Of a DNA stretch of 64,000 nucleotides, positions 1 through 10,289 are shown piece after piece. Under the pieces are notes generated by a model. It was not told where the DNA came from. It worked only from the letters and a program-made list of their open reading frames with translations, and searched no databases. Location of the stretch: positions 160,001 to 224,000 of the forward strand of contig CAWGXH010000003.1 in assembly GCA_963826525.1 (NCBI GenBank), in the 5' to 3' direction. The stretch comes from an uncultured Methanomicrobiaceae archaeon. Its GTDB lineage: Archaea; Halobacteriota; Methanomicrobia; Methanomicrobiales; Methanoculleaceae. The position numbers were made by a program, and so were the translations under genes. Position 1 is the stretch's first letter, and each line of letters opens with the position of its first letter.

Positions 1-933
1 CTCGCTCACCGAAAGTTCCTGTTGCGCCGCTGCAATCTCATCGAGTTGCTGGCGAAGCTCCTCTTCGGCCGCTGTGAGGTGCTCGTTCGCCGACATGAGA
101 TCTTCATTTCTCTCCATAAGCGCATGCTGAGCGTCCCGCATCTCCGTAATATCCCGGATGGACTCGATTGCACCGACGACCTCGCCCTGCTCGTTGTAGA
201 ACGGTGTCGCCTTTATCCAGAGGGCGGTTGTACGCCCGGAAGGGTGCAGGAACGATGTTTCTCCGATGATGGAGTCGCCATCTCTTACGATAGAGGTATA
301 CCTGGCTCTATCGTCCTCCTCGAAGCGGTGCATGACAAGGTCGATGAGCAGGCGCCGCTCTTCGCCGTAGACGGCAACACTGTACTTGCGATCCCCCTTT
401 CCGAGCATCTCCCCGGCCGGCACCCCCGTCATCGCCTCCATCGCCTTGTTCCAGGAAATGACGACCCCATCCCGGTCGATCGCGAACGTGGCATCGGGCA
501 GAAAATCGATGATATCGGTGAGGCGCCGCTCCGACCGGTGGAGCATCGCCTCTGCACGACGGCGTGAGACGGCGTGGACGATCTTGTGCTCGAGCTCAGT
601 GAAGAGAGCCTTCGGATGAGCACCCTTCTGCAGATAAAAATCGGCACCGTTGTTCAGCGCCTCGATAGCGACCTCTTCACGCCCTTTGCCCGTGAAGAGT
701 ATAAACGGCAGATCCCCGTGCCTGCTTCGGATCTGCTTGAGAAATTCAATTCCGTCGCTCTCCGGCATCTGGTAATCAGATACGGCGCAGTCGTAATCCC
801 GATCCTCGAGGAGAGCGCACGCTTCCCGAACACTTGTCGCCGTAGCTACGGTCAGATCGCCTGAACGCTCAAGAAACAACTTTCCGATCTCAAGGAGGTC
901 GGGTTCGTCGTCAACGTACATGACCGATATCAT
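1..933 (-). CDS. Response-regulator receiver domain protein with downstream sensory domain(s); 3' end runs off the window
   Basis: Manual translation from ATG 933: MISVMYVDDEPDLLEIGKLFLERSG...DCAVSDYQMPESDGIEFLK...LPFILFTGKGREEVAIEALNNGADFYLQKG, a typical Methanomicrobia REC domain. Missing from the ORF track, presumably because there is no stop inside the window. Confidence 0.85.
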   Translation of the reverse strand, partial: MISVMYVDDEPDLLEIGKLFLERSGDLTVATATSVREACALLEDRDYDCAVSDYQMPESDGIEFLKQIRSRHGDLPFILFTGKGREEVAIEALNNGADFYLQKGAHPKALFTELEHKIVHAVSRRRAEAMLHRSERRLTDIIDFLPDATFAIDRDGVVISWNKAMEAMTGVPAGEMLGKGDRKYSVAVYGEERRLLIDLVMHRFEEDDRARYTSIVRDGDSIIGETSFLHPSGRTTALWIKATPFYNEQGEVVGAIESIRDITEMRDAQHALMERNEDLMSANEHLTAAEEELRQQLDEIAAAQQELSVSE

Positions 934-1079
934 GGGTATACCCCTTTTGGAAAGTTTCTGAAAGAGCGTATACGATGAAAAGCGTCATAAGAGTATTCAT
1001 TTTCTCCGGAGCGCCGTGGAAGGCCTCCCGCCTGCCTGAGAGGATCGCTGTCGATCACGTCTTCCGACGTCGGGGATGG

Positions 1080-1736
1080 TCAGGCACGCCTGCACGAGCC
1101 TCGCCCGGCAGTCCCTTTCGCTGCGGTGATCAGCGACTTCATCGCTCGTGCGGCTGCCGTCATGTCAGCCTGGCCGACAACCGCCGATATGACCGCGACG
1201 CCGTCGGCTCCGGCCGCGATCACCTCCCGGAGATTATGGTGCCCGATACCGCCGATCGCGATCACGGGCACGGAGACCACGGGCCGGATCGTAGCGAGGG
1301 TGGCGAGGCCGTGTCCGGGGCCTGCATCGGCCTTCGACGCGGTCGGGAAGGTCGGGCTGAGCGCGACGTAATCGGCGCCGGCCGCCTCGGCCTGTGCCGC
1401 CTCCCGGGCGCCCCCTACCGAGATGCCGATAATGAAACCCGGCGGTGCGATCCTTCGTGCGTATTCGAGCGGCAGGTCGCTCTGCCCGAGGTGAACGCCG
1501 TCCGCTCCTGCGGCGAGCGCCACGTCCAGCCGGTCGTTCACGATGAAGAGTGCTCCGGCCGTCCGGGTGATCTTCCGGATCTCGCAGGCCGCCGCGAGGA
1601 GATCGCGGCACGAAAGAGATTTGTCGCGGAGCTGAATAGCATCCGCCCCTCCGGCGACGGCAGACCGGGCTTGCTCGGTGTGGGTCCGGCCGCGGCCGAT
1701 CTGCTCATCTGTTACCACGTAGAGGTCATAGGCCAT
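1080..1736 (-). CDS. thiE: Thiamine-phosphate synthase
   Basis: [47 protein letters not shown] motifs; adjacent to thiM. Confidence 0.95.
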   Translation of the reverse strand: MAYDLYVVTDEQIGRGRTHTEQARSAVAGGADAIQLRDKSLSCRDLLAAACEIRKITRTAGALFIVNDRLDVALAAGADGVHLGQSDLPLEYARRIAPPGFIIGISVGGAREAAQAEAAGADYVALSPTFPTASKADAGPGHGLATLATIRPVVSVPVIAIGGIGHHNLREVIAAGADGVAVISAVVGQADMTAAARAMKSLITAAKGTAGRGSCRRA

Positions 1737-2535
1737 TGATCGTCCTCACCTGTGCATGCCCGGCAAGATCGTCCGCCGTGAGGGTGAAGAGTTCGTCTAT
1801 GAGCGCCGTCCTGAAGGAATAGGGGCCGGTTGCTCTCGCGGCCGCATGCTCTCCTGCTCTTCCGAAGGCTGCAAGCGCTGCTGCGGAAGCAACCATGCGA
1901 TCCCCGGCGACTGCGGCGAAAGCTCCCGTGACCGATGCCGCCATGCACCCTGTCCCGGAGAGCCTGCCCATCAGGGGCGTGCCGTTCTCGACCAGAATGA
2001 CCCGTTTCCCGTCGGTGACGATATCGGTCGGCCCGCTCATCACCACCACGGCGCCGGTCGCACGGGCGCACTCGCGTGCGGTCTCGACCGGGTCACCGTC
2101 GACGCCGCCGGAGTCGACACCCCGCACCAGGCCGCCGGTGCCGGCGATCGTGCCGATCTCGCCGGGGTTCCCTTTCAGGACGGCGATCTCGATCCGGTCG
2201 AGGAGCCGCGCGACGCTCTCTGTCCGAAACCGCGTCGCTCCCGCTCCGACCGGGTCGAGGACGACCGGAATACCGAGTTCGTTCGCCCGCCCTCCGGCGA
2301 GAAGCATCGATTCGATCTGCGAGGCCGAGAGCGTCCCGATGTTGAGGACGAGGGCTCCTGCGGCTGCGACCATCTCGGCCGCCTCTTCGGGAGCGGCGGC
2401 CATCACCGGGGAGGCTCCGGCAGCGATCGTGATGTTGGCGCAGTCGTTGATCGTAACGGTGTTCGTGATGTGATGCACCAGCGGCTGCTTCGACCGCACG
2501 CGGATCAGCAGATCAGCACAGTTTCTTCCATCCAT
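1726..2535 (-). CDS. thiM: Hydroxyethylthiazole kinase
   Basis: [51 protein letters not shown] motifs. Confidence 0.95.
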   Translation of the reverse strand: MDGRNCADLLIRVRSKQPLVHHITNTVTINDCANITIAAGASPVMAAAPEEAAEMVAAAGALVLNIGTLSASQIESMLLAGGRANELGIPVVLDPVGAGATRFRTESVARLLDRIEIAVLKGNPGEIGTIAGTGGLVRGVDSGGVDGDPVETARECARATGAVVVMSGPTDIVTDGKRVILVENGTPLMGRLSGTGCMAASVTGAFAAVAGDRMVASAAALAAFGRAGEHAAARATGPYSFRTALIDELFTLTADDLAGHAQVRTINGL

Positions 2536-2786
2536 AGTATCTCCGTCTCATAAGCCCGGTTACGAAACAGAGAGATCTCTTCGATCTCTCCATATCTCTT
2601 TCGCTTCAGTCTTCCTTTAAGAGATCGCTTCACCTCGCAAGAACGGTCGGCCTCCCGGGACATGGCTCCGTAATAACGGATCTTCCCCTCGACCGGCGCC
2701 GGGACGGATCGGTGTTTTCGCTTGCCCCGGGATATGCGATAGTTTTATGCATCGGTATGGAAATCACCCGCCCCGAGGTGAACCCG

Positions 2787-3095
2787 ATGGAGAAGTTCGA
2801 AGAAGTGATGCGGAATCTGCAGCAGTTGTCGCCGCAGGAGCGGGGAAGGATTCTCGAGGAGGAGGGCGGGAAATGTATCTGCGGGGAGTGTCCGGTGTAT
2901 AACGAATGTGCGAAGAATGCTCACGAGGGGTTCTTCTGTGCGTGGGGGAAGAGTTTTGTCTGCATAACATCGGAGGAGAAGAAATGCATCTGCCCGGACT
3001 GCCCGGTGGTGGCCGACTGGGGAATGAAGAATATCTACCACTGCATGCGTGGCGAAGAACGGGCACAGTGGTTCGATCAGTATCTTCGAAGGTGA
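2787..3095 (+). CDS. DUF2769-type Cys-rich (putative metal-binding) protein
   Basis: CICGECPVY...FFCAWGKSFVCI...CICPDCPV...YHC pattern; GAGGTG RBS before ATG 2787. Confidence 0.75.
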   Translation: MEKFEEVMRNLQQLSPQERGRILEEEGGKCICGECPVYNECAKNAHEGFFCAWGKSFVCITSEEKKCICPDCPVVADWGMKNIYHCMRGEERAQWFDQYLRR

Positions 3096-3292
3096 GAGTA
3101 TACCGATCCGTCGGCAACCCCGACAGGATGGATCAGGCCCCTGCTGCGGCAGGGGGTCACACCGACCCTGCCGATCGGCAGCGCAATCCGGGCATGGACA
3201 GACTCCTCGGGATAGACTTGGGTCAGATCCGCCTGTCCTATCCCGGCAATCCGGGAATACTAAAAATGAGTCCGGTGACCGTGTTTCACGGT

Positions 3293-4009
3293 TCACCTGA
3301 GTTTCTTCTTCGCTTCTTCGTACTCCTGTTCTTTCTGCTTTCGGAGTTCGGCTGCCGTCCTGACCTCTTCGGGGCTCCCTTTCTCTTCGAGTTCAATCCG
3401 CTCTGCTTCCCGCTTTAACTCCTCGGAACTCATGTAGCCGGACGGCTCGATATTTTCCTGGGCCTCCCGATACAGTTCTTCCGTGTGTCTCCGCTGTTCC
3501 TCGGCAGCAGACTGGCCGGAGGATTCACCCGCCGTCACCTGCTTTCCGCTCGCTTCACCCACCTGGATCTCTTTCCCCCGGGCTTCCGGAGTCTTCTTCA
3601 GGCGCACCTCCAGCACGCCGTTTCTGAAGGTGGCTTCCGCACCCTGGTCGGTGACATCGGCGGGGAGCGATACCGTGCGGGAGAGTGTCCCGAACCGTCG
3701 CTCCCGCAGGTAGTATCCTGCCTCTTCCTGCTCGGTCACCTCTTCATGCCGGGCCGATATCTGCAGCGTCTTTGGCTCAAGAAGCCGGAGCGAGATATTC
3801 TGCCGCTCGACGCCGGGGAGATCGGCAACGACCAGAACCTCGTCACCGTGCTCCCTGATATCGACGACCATCTCGGAGCCTTGGAGCATGGGTATCTGCT
3901 GCCGTGCTTCCCGGAAGCCTGCTACCATCTCATTAAACTGTCTCTGCATATCGACTATCATCTCATCAAAGTCGCCCCGTAATCCGCGTGTTGATCTTCC
4001 GAGTGCCAT
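3293..4009 (-). CDS. Hsp20/alpha-crystallin small heat-shock protein with long charged C-terminal extension
   Basis: VDIREHGDEVLVVADLPGV, YLRERRFG..SRTVSLP, ATFRNGVLEVRLKK, IQV motif; AGGAG RBS upstream of ATG 4009. Confidence 0.9.
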   Translation of the reverse strand: MALGRSTRGLRGDFDEMIVDMQRQFNEMVAGFREARQQIPMLQGSEMVVDIREHGDEVLVVADLPGVERQNISLRLLEPKTLQISARHEEVTEQEEAGYYLRERRFGTLSRTVSLPADVTDQGAEATFRNGVLEVRLKKTPEARGKEIQVGEASGKQVTAGESSGQSAAEEQRRHTEELYREAQENIEPSGYMSSEELKREAERIELEEKGSPEEVRTAAELRKQKEQEYEEAKKKLR

Positions 4010-4363
4010 AGTATACAACTCCTTTCCCAACCGTCCCTGCAGCATCTGCTACAGGGCTTCAAGTGCTGTCGCTATCTTATTAATGTTCCCGCACCGGGTT
4101 TCATCAGTCCGGGATACCTGTATCCGGGGGACCAGTCTTTCCTGGCGCACCTCTTCGACTCTCTTCTCACCCGGTAACTGCCGAAGCGCTGGCGCCTGCT
4201 GCTCCTGGTCTGGAACCGGTGCATCTCTGCCTTCTGGGGATCGGGCAGGTTCGTCCTGGTATCGTTCCGGAACGCCTGCCCTTTTCGATGGCTGTCGGTT
4301 AGCGAGAGCCCCTCCCGAACACTTGTTGCTCCCTCCCGGGCACTTTGCAGGAGGGGTGCAGTG

Positions 4364-4742
4364 ATGGTGGCAATCACATGGGCTATGCCGACCCTGCCGC
4401 TCGGCGATATGGACCTGGCACGGGCTTTTGATGGAGGAACACTCGGTTTCATCCCGAGTACAACCAACGAAACCGGTGCGCTCTATGATACCGGGAATGG
4501 AACATGCCTCATCCTCTTCCCGAGGGAAGCACTGGAAGCCGGCTTTTTAGTCCGGGATATCGAGGAGATGGAGAGCCGGCTGAAGCACGGGGGTGACGTT
4601 CCTTGAGCACGCTACGGCGGAGATGAAAATAGACGACGGGATCGCCGATATGAGAGAGACAATCTGCATGGTTCCGCGATACCGGGTTTTATCCGGGAAC
4701 GTCGGTAACGGGGTTTTGCGGCAGGACACACGGAATACGTGA
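4364..4742 (+). pseudogene. VOC/glyoxalase-family protein, degenerate or frameshifted
   Basis: PTLPLGDMDLARAFDGGTLGF...GFLVRDIEEMESRLKH then, across frameshifts, VTFLE...DDGIADM and AWFRDT. Confidence 0.55.
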
Positions 4743-4763
4743 GCCTCGCCATCCCCGGAGTTC

Positions 4764-5219
4764 TCACTCGGAGATGAGCGTTGCGTTCTCCATCATCCGC
4801 TCGAGCAGAGAGACGATCAGAAGACGCTCCTCGCCGGAGAACCCGGTAAAGATCATCACGCTCCATGCTGCGGCTATCTCCCGCATTGCCGGCTCGATTG
4901 CTCTCCCCTTGTCGGTGAGAAAGAGCCGGTAAGCCCGCCGATCGCCCTCATCCCGCACACGCCGGACGTAGCCCGCCTGCTCGAGTCTGGTGACCGCACG
5001 GGTGATGGTGGCCTTATCGAACCGGCGGTCCCGTGCGAGCGTCTCCTGGTTGATGCCGTCGCGGCAGTACAGGGTCATCAGGAACGGGAACTGGCCGCTC
5101 CCGATACCATAGGGCTCGAGCCGTTTTGCCAGGTACACCTGGGTGGAGCGGTAGAGATAGGAGACGATCCCGCCGAGCGCCTCCGGGGGGATTCCCGGCT
5201 CCCGGCCGTCATCTGCCAC
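4764..5219 (-). CDS. MarR-family transcriptional regulator
   Basis: GIGSGQFPFLMTL, GINQETLA..RFDKATITRAVTRLEQAGYVRRVRDEGDRRAYRLFLTDKG; start (GTG ~5219) approximate. Confidence 0.9.
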   Translation of the reverse strand: MADDGREPGIPPEALGGIVSYLYRSTQVYLAKRLEPYGIGSGQFPFLMTLYCRDGINQETLARDRRFDKATITRAVTRLEQAGYVRRVRDEGDRRAYRLFLTDKGRAIEPAMREIAAAWSVMIFTGFSGEERLLIVSLLERMMENATLISE

Positions 5220-6657
5220 TGCTCGCTCCCTCCGGCGAAGCAACCCCTGCCGGCGGATCTGCTCGCCCGGTGATCAGACCTGCTGTATACCGCCGTGCCC
5301 AGAGGTAGCCGGTCGTCGCCCCGAGCATGTTCCCTGCGGCGATCCCCCACCAGATCCCGGTCAGCCCGAACCCGAGGTAGACGGCAAGTATCCAGACGAA
5401 GGCGATCGTCAGGATGACCGAGCGTAGAATCGTGACACAGAGCGAGTTCATTCCTCTCCCCGTCCCCTGGAAGAGCGAGGAGGAGAACATCCCGAAACCG
5501 ACCATCGGGTAGAAGAGGCACATTACCTGCAGGAAGGCGGTGAGGTCGGGAGCGAGGTGTGCCGACCCCTCTGCCGTCGTGAAGAGCGCGGCGATCCAGG
5601 GGGCGAGTACGTAGGTCGCCACGGCGAGTACCCCCCCTATCAGAAGCCCGAGCCGGACGGAGTAGAGGTGGGCGGTCTCCATCTGGTCGAACGTCCGTGC
5701 ACCGTAGGTTGCCCCCGTGACGGCGACGACCGCCATCGCGATCGCGAGCAGGGGGGTGATGGCTATCATGATCACCCGCCACCCGACCGAGTAGACTGCA
5801 ACGCCGTCGGTGCTGGCGACGAAGACGATGATCCCGTTCAGGACGAGCGTCGACAGTGCCATTATCATCTGTTCGACGGACGCGGGAACGCCGACTCGCA
5901 GGACATCCGTGACGATCGATCTCTGTGGGGCAAACCCGCTCCAGCGGAATGAGACGTAGGTATCCCGCTTGATGAAGAGCCAGTACCCGAGCAGCCCGAC
6001 CGAGGCGAGGATCGAAAGGACGGTCGCCCACGCGGCCCCGGCGATGCCCATATCGAGGGTGTAGATCAGGATCGGGTCGAGGACAATGTTGCCGACCGCA
6101 CCGAGCGCCATGGCGTACATCGGCCGCTTTGCATCACCCTCTCCCCGCAGGATTGCGTAGGCGACGTTCGTGAAGAGGATGGCCGCCGTTCCGAGAAAGA
6201 GGATCCTGCCGTATTCGGCTGCCATCCCGGCGGCGCTGCCCGCTCCGAGCAGGACGAAGAGGTTTCCGGCCAGCAGGTAGAAGGGCACCGTGACGACGAC
6301 GGCGAGCACCGCCAGCATGATCATGGTATGTACGGCGACGTTGTCGGCTCCGGCCTTGTTCCGTGCACCGATCATGCGGGATATTGCGGCTCCACCGCCG
6401 ACGCCGAGCCCGTTTGCGAGACCGATGATGATGAAGAAGAGCGGGAATGTGAATCCGACCGCGGCAAGGGCATCGGATCCGAGGCCCGCGACCCAGAAGG
6501 CATCGACGAGGTTGTATGCTGTCAGCAGGGTCATGGCGACCATCATCGGCAGGGCGAGTTTGACGATCGCCTTCTTCGGATCGGAGAGGAGCGTTCGTGT
6601 GCCTTCGGTTCCGTGGTCGGTGGGTGGTGCGTGCTGTGGTGAACTCTGATCCGTCAT
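5209..6657 (-). CDS. MATE-family efflux transporter
   Basis: KLALPMMVAM..YNLVDAFWVAGLG.DALAAVG, ILRGEGDAKRPM, NIVLDPILI; about 12 TM segments. Confidence 0.95.
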   Translation of the reverse strand: MTDQSSPQHAPPTDHGTEGTRTLLSDPKKAIVKLALPMMVAMTLLTAYNLVDAFWVAGLGSDALAAVGFTFPLFFIIIGLANGLGVGGGAAISRMIGARNKAGADNVAVHTMIMLAVLAVVVTVPFYLLAGNLFVLLGAGSAAGMAAEYGRILFLGTAAILFTNVAYAILRGEGDAKRPMYAMALGAVGNIVLDPILIYTLDMGIAGAAWATVLSILASVGLLGYWLFIKRDTYVSFRWSGFAPQRSIVTDVLRVGVPASVEQMIMALSTLVLNGIIVFVASTDGVAVYSVGWRVIMIAITPLLAIAMAVVAVTGATYGARTFDQMETAHLYSVRLGLLIGGVLAVATYVLAPWIAALFTTAEGSAHLAPDLTAFLQVMCLFYPMVGFGMFSSSLFQGTGRGMNSLCVTILRSVILTIAFVWILAVYLGFGLTGIWWGIAAGNMLGATTGYLWARRYTAGLITGRADPPAGVASPEGASSGR

Positions 6658-6940
6658 GCTCTGAAACCTTCTTGCTGTCCGGAAAGGAAGTGCCCTGCGC
6701 CGGGTGGCACGGAATAGCTTCTGTAGCAATACATGCGTCGCGAGACTATTTAGTTGCTATGTCAACGAACGGGGTAGGGTGGTGGCGGCAAAGAGAGGGA
6801 CCCTCTGCTGCGGCTGAAGCGGGCCGCAGGAGTGCCCGGACTATCCCCGGGGGCGGTAGAAAACAGCATGGTACGAAGGTCTCTTGTGGAGCCTGCCGGG
6901 AGAGGTGTGAAAATGTACTTCCTCCTGCAGGAACGATGAT

Positions 6941-8569
6941 CTACCCTGCAGGCGCCTGTTCTTCGACGCCGTAGTGTTTCCGCAGATACTCACGCACTTT
7001 CTCCGATTCGAGCCAGCCCCGATCGAGCTCTGTGATTATGCCGTCGATCTCGTATGCCTGGGTGAGTATCTTTTCTGCAAACTCGCTCCCGTCCATACCG
7101 GCGAGGGCAACGATCACCTGGAGCGGGTTTCGGATCTCGTCGTTGAGGATCGCCAGCTGCTCGAGGTTTCTGTCGATCTGTCGGAACGCTTCGCGCCTCA
7201 CCATATCCAGCTCCTTTCGTTTGGCCACGTCCCGGGCGGTGCTGAGAACAAACTGCTGCCCCTCGATGCTGATCGGGTATGTCGTAATCTCCACACAGAT
7301 CTGCGAACCGTCCGGCTGCTTCAGCATCAGTTCATCAGGCCCGGTGGCGATACCATGCCGGTTCTTCTCAAGGAGCGATGCCGCTTTCCAGAGTTCGCCC
7401 GGCACAAGGAGGTCGAGATCGAAGAACCGCTTTCCGATGAGCTCTTCCCTGGCATATCCGATGAGCTCTTCCGCCGTCCGGTTCCCGTCGATGAACCTTC
7501 CCTCCAGATCGTTGATGTAGATGGCATCGGGTGCGGACTCGAAGATGATCTTGAACCGCTCTTCCGAACTCTTCAGCGCAGCCTCATGCCGTTTCTGCTC
7601 GGTGACATCGGAGATGAAACCCTCCAGATCAACGGCCTCCCCCCCGGAAGAGGTAACTGCCTGCCCTTGCTCACAGACCCACTTCTCCTCGCCGGAGGCG
7701 GTGATGAGGCGGTACGTGATCTTGAATGGCGCGTGTTTCCCGACCGCTGTCTGAACCTCTTCCCTGACCCGTGCGCGATCGCCGGGGTGAATCAGATCCG
7801 CGAACGCCCGACGTCGGTTCTGCACCAGATCCAAAGGGGCATATCCGGTCAGCGCGCGGCATCCCTCGCTGATGAAGAGCATCGTCCACATCCGGTCGTT
7901 CAGGCGCCGGTATGCCATACCGGGAAGATTGCTCATGAGCGTTGCGAGCCTCCGTTCGCTCTCCCGCAATGCCTCTTCGGCACGGACACGCCCGGTGATA
8001 TCGATGCCGTAGACGTTGATAGCGTCTTCCTCCGGTACAGGCTCAAGAGTGAAGAGATAGATGCGATCCCCTGCACGGATCTCGACCTCGTGCCGCCTGC
8101 AGGTATCAATCGCCGTTCTGATTGTTGAGATCTGTAATGCAGGGAGCTCTTTTGCATCGGCCAGTCCGAATGTTGCGAGCACTTTTCCTGCCGCGGAGTT
8201 TGCATAAACGATCCTCCCGTCTCCCCTGACCCGCAATACGGGGTTCGGGTTTTCATTCGGGAACCGGGCGAAGTCCTGCACGGCAGCCTCGAATCCCTCT
8301 CTTCTCTCCGCTTCGGTATTGTGTCTGCAGTTCTCCCGCCCTCTCCGCCTCCGGACAGTGACGTAGCCTGCGCCGAGGAGAACCGGGCATATACCCGGGG
8401 GCAGCTCTGCATCGCTATCCCCCGTAAGTCCTCCGGCCGACCCGTGGTGATCGTGATCCGGAAGCGATTCCGGCATAGGATTCACGGCTGCCAGAGCGGC
8501 ATGCGAGACCGTCACTCCCGAAAGGGTGAGGAGTGCGAGGACGAGGCAGGCGAGGAGACGGATGTTCAT
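6941..8569 (-). CDS. Membrane-associated multi-PAS sensor protein with a HisKA-like tail and no HATPase domain
   Basis: N-terminal hydrophobic segments, three PAS S-boxes (ENPNPVLRV; SNLPGMAYR; ESAPDAIY), C-terminal LAILNDEIRNPLQ...LDRGWLESEKVREYLRKHYG. Confidence 0.85.
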   Translation of the reverse strand: MNIRLLACLVLALLTLSGVTVSHAALAAVNPMPESLPDHDHHGSAGGLTGDSDAELPPGICPVLLGAGYVTVRRRRGRENCRHNTEAERREGFEAAVQDFARFPNENPNPVLRVRGDGRIVYANSAAGKVLATFGLADAKELPALQISTIRTAIDTCRRHEVEIRAGDRIYLFTLEPVPEEDAINVYGIDITGRVRAEEALRESERRLATLMSNLPGMAYRRLNDRMWTMLFISEGCRALTGYAPLDLVQNRRRAFADLIHPGDRARVREEVQTAVGKHAPFKITYRLITASGEEKWVCEQGQAVTSSGGEAVDLEGFISDVTEQKRHEAALKSSEERFKIIFESAPDAIYINDLEGRFIDGNRTAEELIGYAREELIGKRFFDLDLLVPGELWKAASLLEKNRHGIATGPDELMLKQPDGSQICVEITTYPISIEGQQFVLSTARDVAKRKELDMVRREAFRQIDRNLEQLAILNDEIRNPLQVIVALAGMDGSEFAEKILTQAYEIDGIITELDRGWLESEKVREYLRKHYGVEEQAPAG

Positions 8570-8825
8570 CGATATATCTGTTACCTTACTGTATGACGAT
8601 ATAGACGTTGCGTTTTCAAAAAATACCAGAGTATTGGATTTTTCCAGCTGTACTGGACGGACTCCGATCTTTCTGCTGCCTGTCACCTGTGGGCTGCCGT
8701 CGCGACTGCCTCCACCCCGGACTGCGGGTGGGCTTGAGGAGATCGATTGCGAGTTCGTCGTGCCGGGTTCTTCTGGATAGCAACACGTTTATACGAGCGT
8801 CCCGCATCTCGTATTCTGGAAGACT

Positions 8826-9092
8826 ATGCTGCATACTCGTGAAATAATCAAGAAGCTCTGGGATGCGCAGGGATACGGGAACCTTGCCGTCTGGCAGGAT
8901 GGAACGACCCGTGTGATCGCACCGGGCACGGATGCCGATGTGGGCGGGCAACAGCCTCTCGTTATCTTAAAGCCGATGCCGCTCGTGGGGGAATTCTCGC
9001 TTCTGGACTTTGCTCTCCACGATGGCGGGCTGCTCGAGAAGATCGAGGCGACCGTTCGCGAAGCGGGCGGCGAGATCGAGCGGGAGGAGTGA
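8826..9092 (+). CDS. Small hypothetical protein
   Basis: 88-aa ORF with normal amino-acid composition filling the gap between genes. Confidence 0.65.
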   Translation: MLHTREIIKKLWDAQGYGNLAVWQDGTTRVIAPGTDADVGGQQPLVILKPMPLVGEFSLLDFALHDGGLLEKIEATVREAGGEIEREE

Positions 9093-9112
9093 ACGCCCGC
9101 ATCTTCGGGCGT

Positions 9113-9397
9113 TCAGAAGAGTAAGACTGCTAAATAGGCGATCACCGCAACGTGAACGACCGCGAATACCGGCACCAGCCGGAACTTCATCTTCTGGGTT
9201 TTGTGCCGCAGCCTCTGCATCGCAGCGTAGGCTCCGAACGGTCCGAGTATCGCGGCGAGCAGCAGCGTGCTCTCTTTCGTCCTCCACGCTCCGCGCTCAG
9301 CCGCCCGTTTGTCGTGTGCATAGCCGATGAATGCAACTACGTTTGCGAGAACGTAGAGTGCCGGAAGTACGATGATAGTGTCGGTAATCTGCATCAT
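9113..9397 (-). CDS. DUF1294-family small membrane protein
   Basis: NVVAF.GYAHDKRAA..GAWRTKE.TL...GPFGAYAAM..LRHKTQK.KF; start approximate. Confidence 0.85.
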   Translation of the reverse strand: MMQITDTIIVLPALYVLANVVAFIGYAHDKRAAERGAWRTKESTLLLAAILGPFGAYAAMQRLRHKTQKMKFRLVPVFAVVHVAVIAYLAVLLF

Positions 9398-9451
9398 CCC
9401 TGTATGTACCGGCCGGTGCACCGGATACATTAGGTAAGGCATCCCGGCTTT

Positions 9452-10057
9452 TTATTCTGTTGAATCCGATCTCCGCTCACCGTGTCGGGCATCCTCCTCC
9501 AGCATGGAGCGCAGGTTCTTTCTTGCAGGTGTCTGCACCAGAATGTACCGTTCGCTCACCGATGCGGTCGTCCGCGCCGCCGTCTCCATGGCGAGGACGA
9601 TCGTCCGGATCGCGTCCCGGGGCGTTCCGCCTTTCCAGGAGTCACGGATGCAACGGTTTGCGACCTGCTTCGTGACGGCATTCCCGAGCACGATGAAGGT
9701 GCTCCCCGTGCCCTTCGAGACGGCGGTCATGCGGCCGTCTTCGAGGTCGGCGATGACATACTGCCCCCCCGAGGCGTAGAGCCTCCGGCTCCGGACAATG
9801 CCCTTCTCGGTCTCCCCGACTTCACCCACGAGAATGCCGCTTCGTTCTGCGACTTTGCTCTTCGTATCCCTGACATGCACGGCAATCCCGATCTCGTCTG
9901 CCCGCCGTGCGAGGTCTTCGTCGTTGACGATACGGCCGTCGTAGAGTTCGGCCTCGAGTCGGTCACGGCAGGATGAGTCCCCCGCAAAGAGGATCTCCCG
10001 CATGTCCCCGGCCATAACCGCGCCGCCTGTCCCGATAAATGCAATCACCAGACTCAT
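9452..10057 (-). CDS. Connectase (DUF2121), a proteasome-beta-like protein ligase
   Basis: MSLVIAFIG.GGAVMAGDMREI.F.G, ELYDG.I..DE.L, RRLYAS.G, FIVLGN.VTKQVAN, TASVS; matches the Methanosarcina connectase sequence as I recall it; N-terminal Ser present. Confidence 0.9.
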   Translation of the reverse strand: MSLVIAFIGTGGAVMAGDMREILFAGDSSCRDRLEAELYDGRIVNDEDLARRADEIGIAVHVRDTKSKVAERSGILVGEVGETEKGIVRSRRLYASGGQYVIADLEDGRMTAVSKGTGSTFIVLGNAVTKQVANRCIRDSWKGGTPRDAIRTIVLAMETAARTTASVSERYILVQTPARKNLRSMLEEDARHGERRSDSTE

Positions 10058-10289
10058 TCCGGTATCGCCCCTTCACCTGACGTGAGAAAAAGTAGTCGGG
10101 GCTCTGCAACCATGAACGTATCGCCGTCTCTCCGGGGCAGCACTCGTCTGTGCTCCGGGGAGATCCGTGTACATTACGGCCTCCGAGAGAGCCCGGACAG
10201 ATACTCCGGTGTTCTCGGGTGGTCATATCCCATATTATACCCTGATCCCGATACCCGCCACCGGAACGGGGTGACAGTGCTTCGGCCGT

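Noticed and set aside
2536-2786. TPP riboswitch upstream of thiM-thiE
   Set aside because: I could not find the conserved CTGAGA...ACCTGA...GCGTAGG core on the minus strand.
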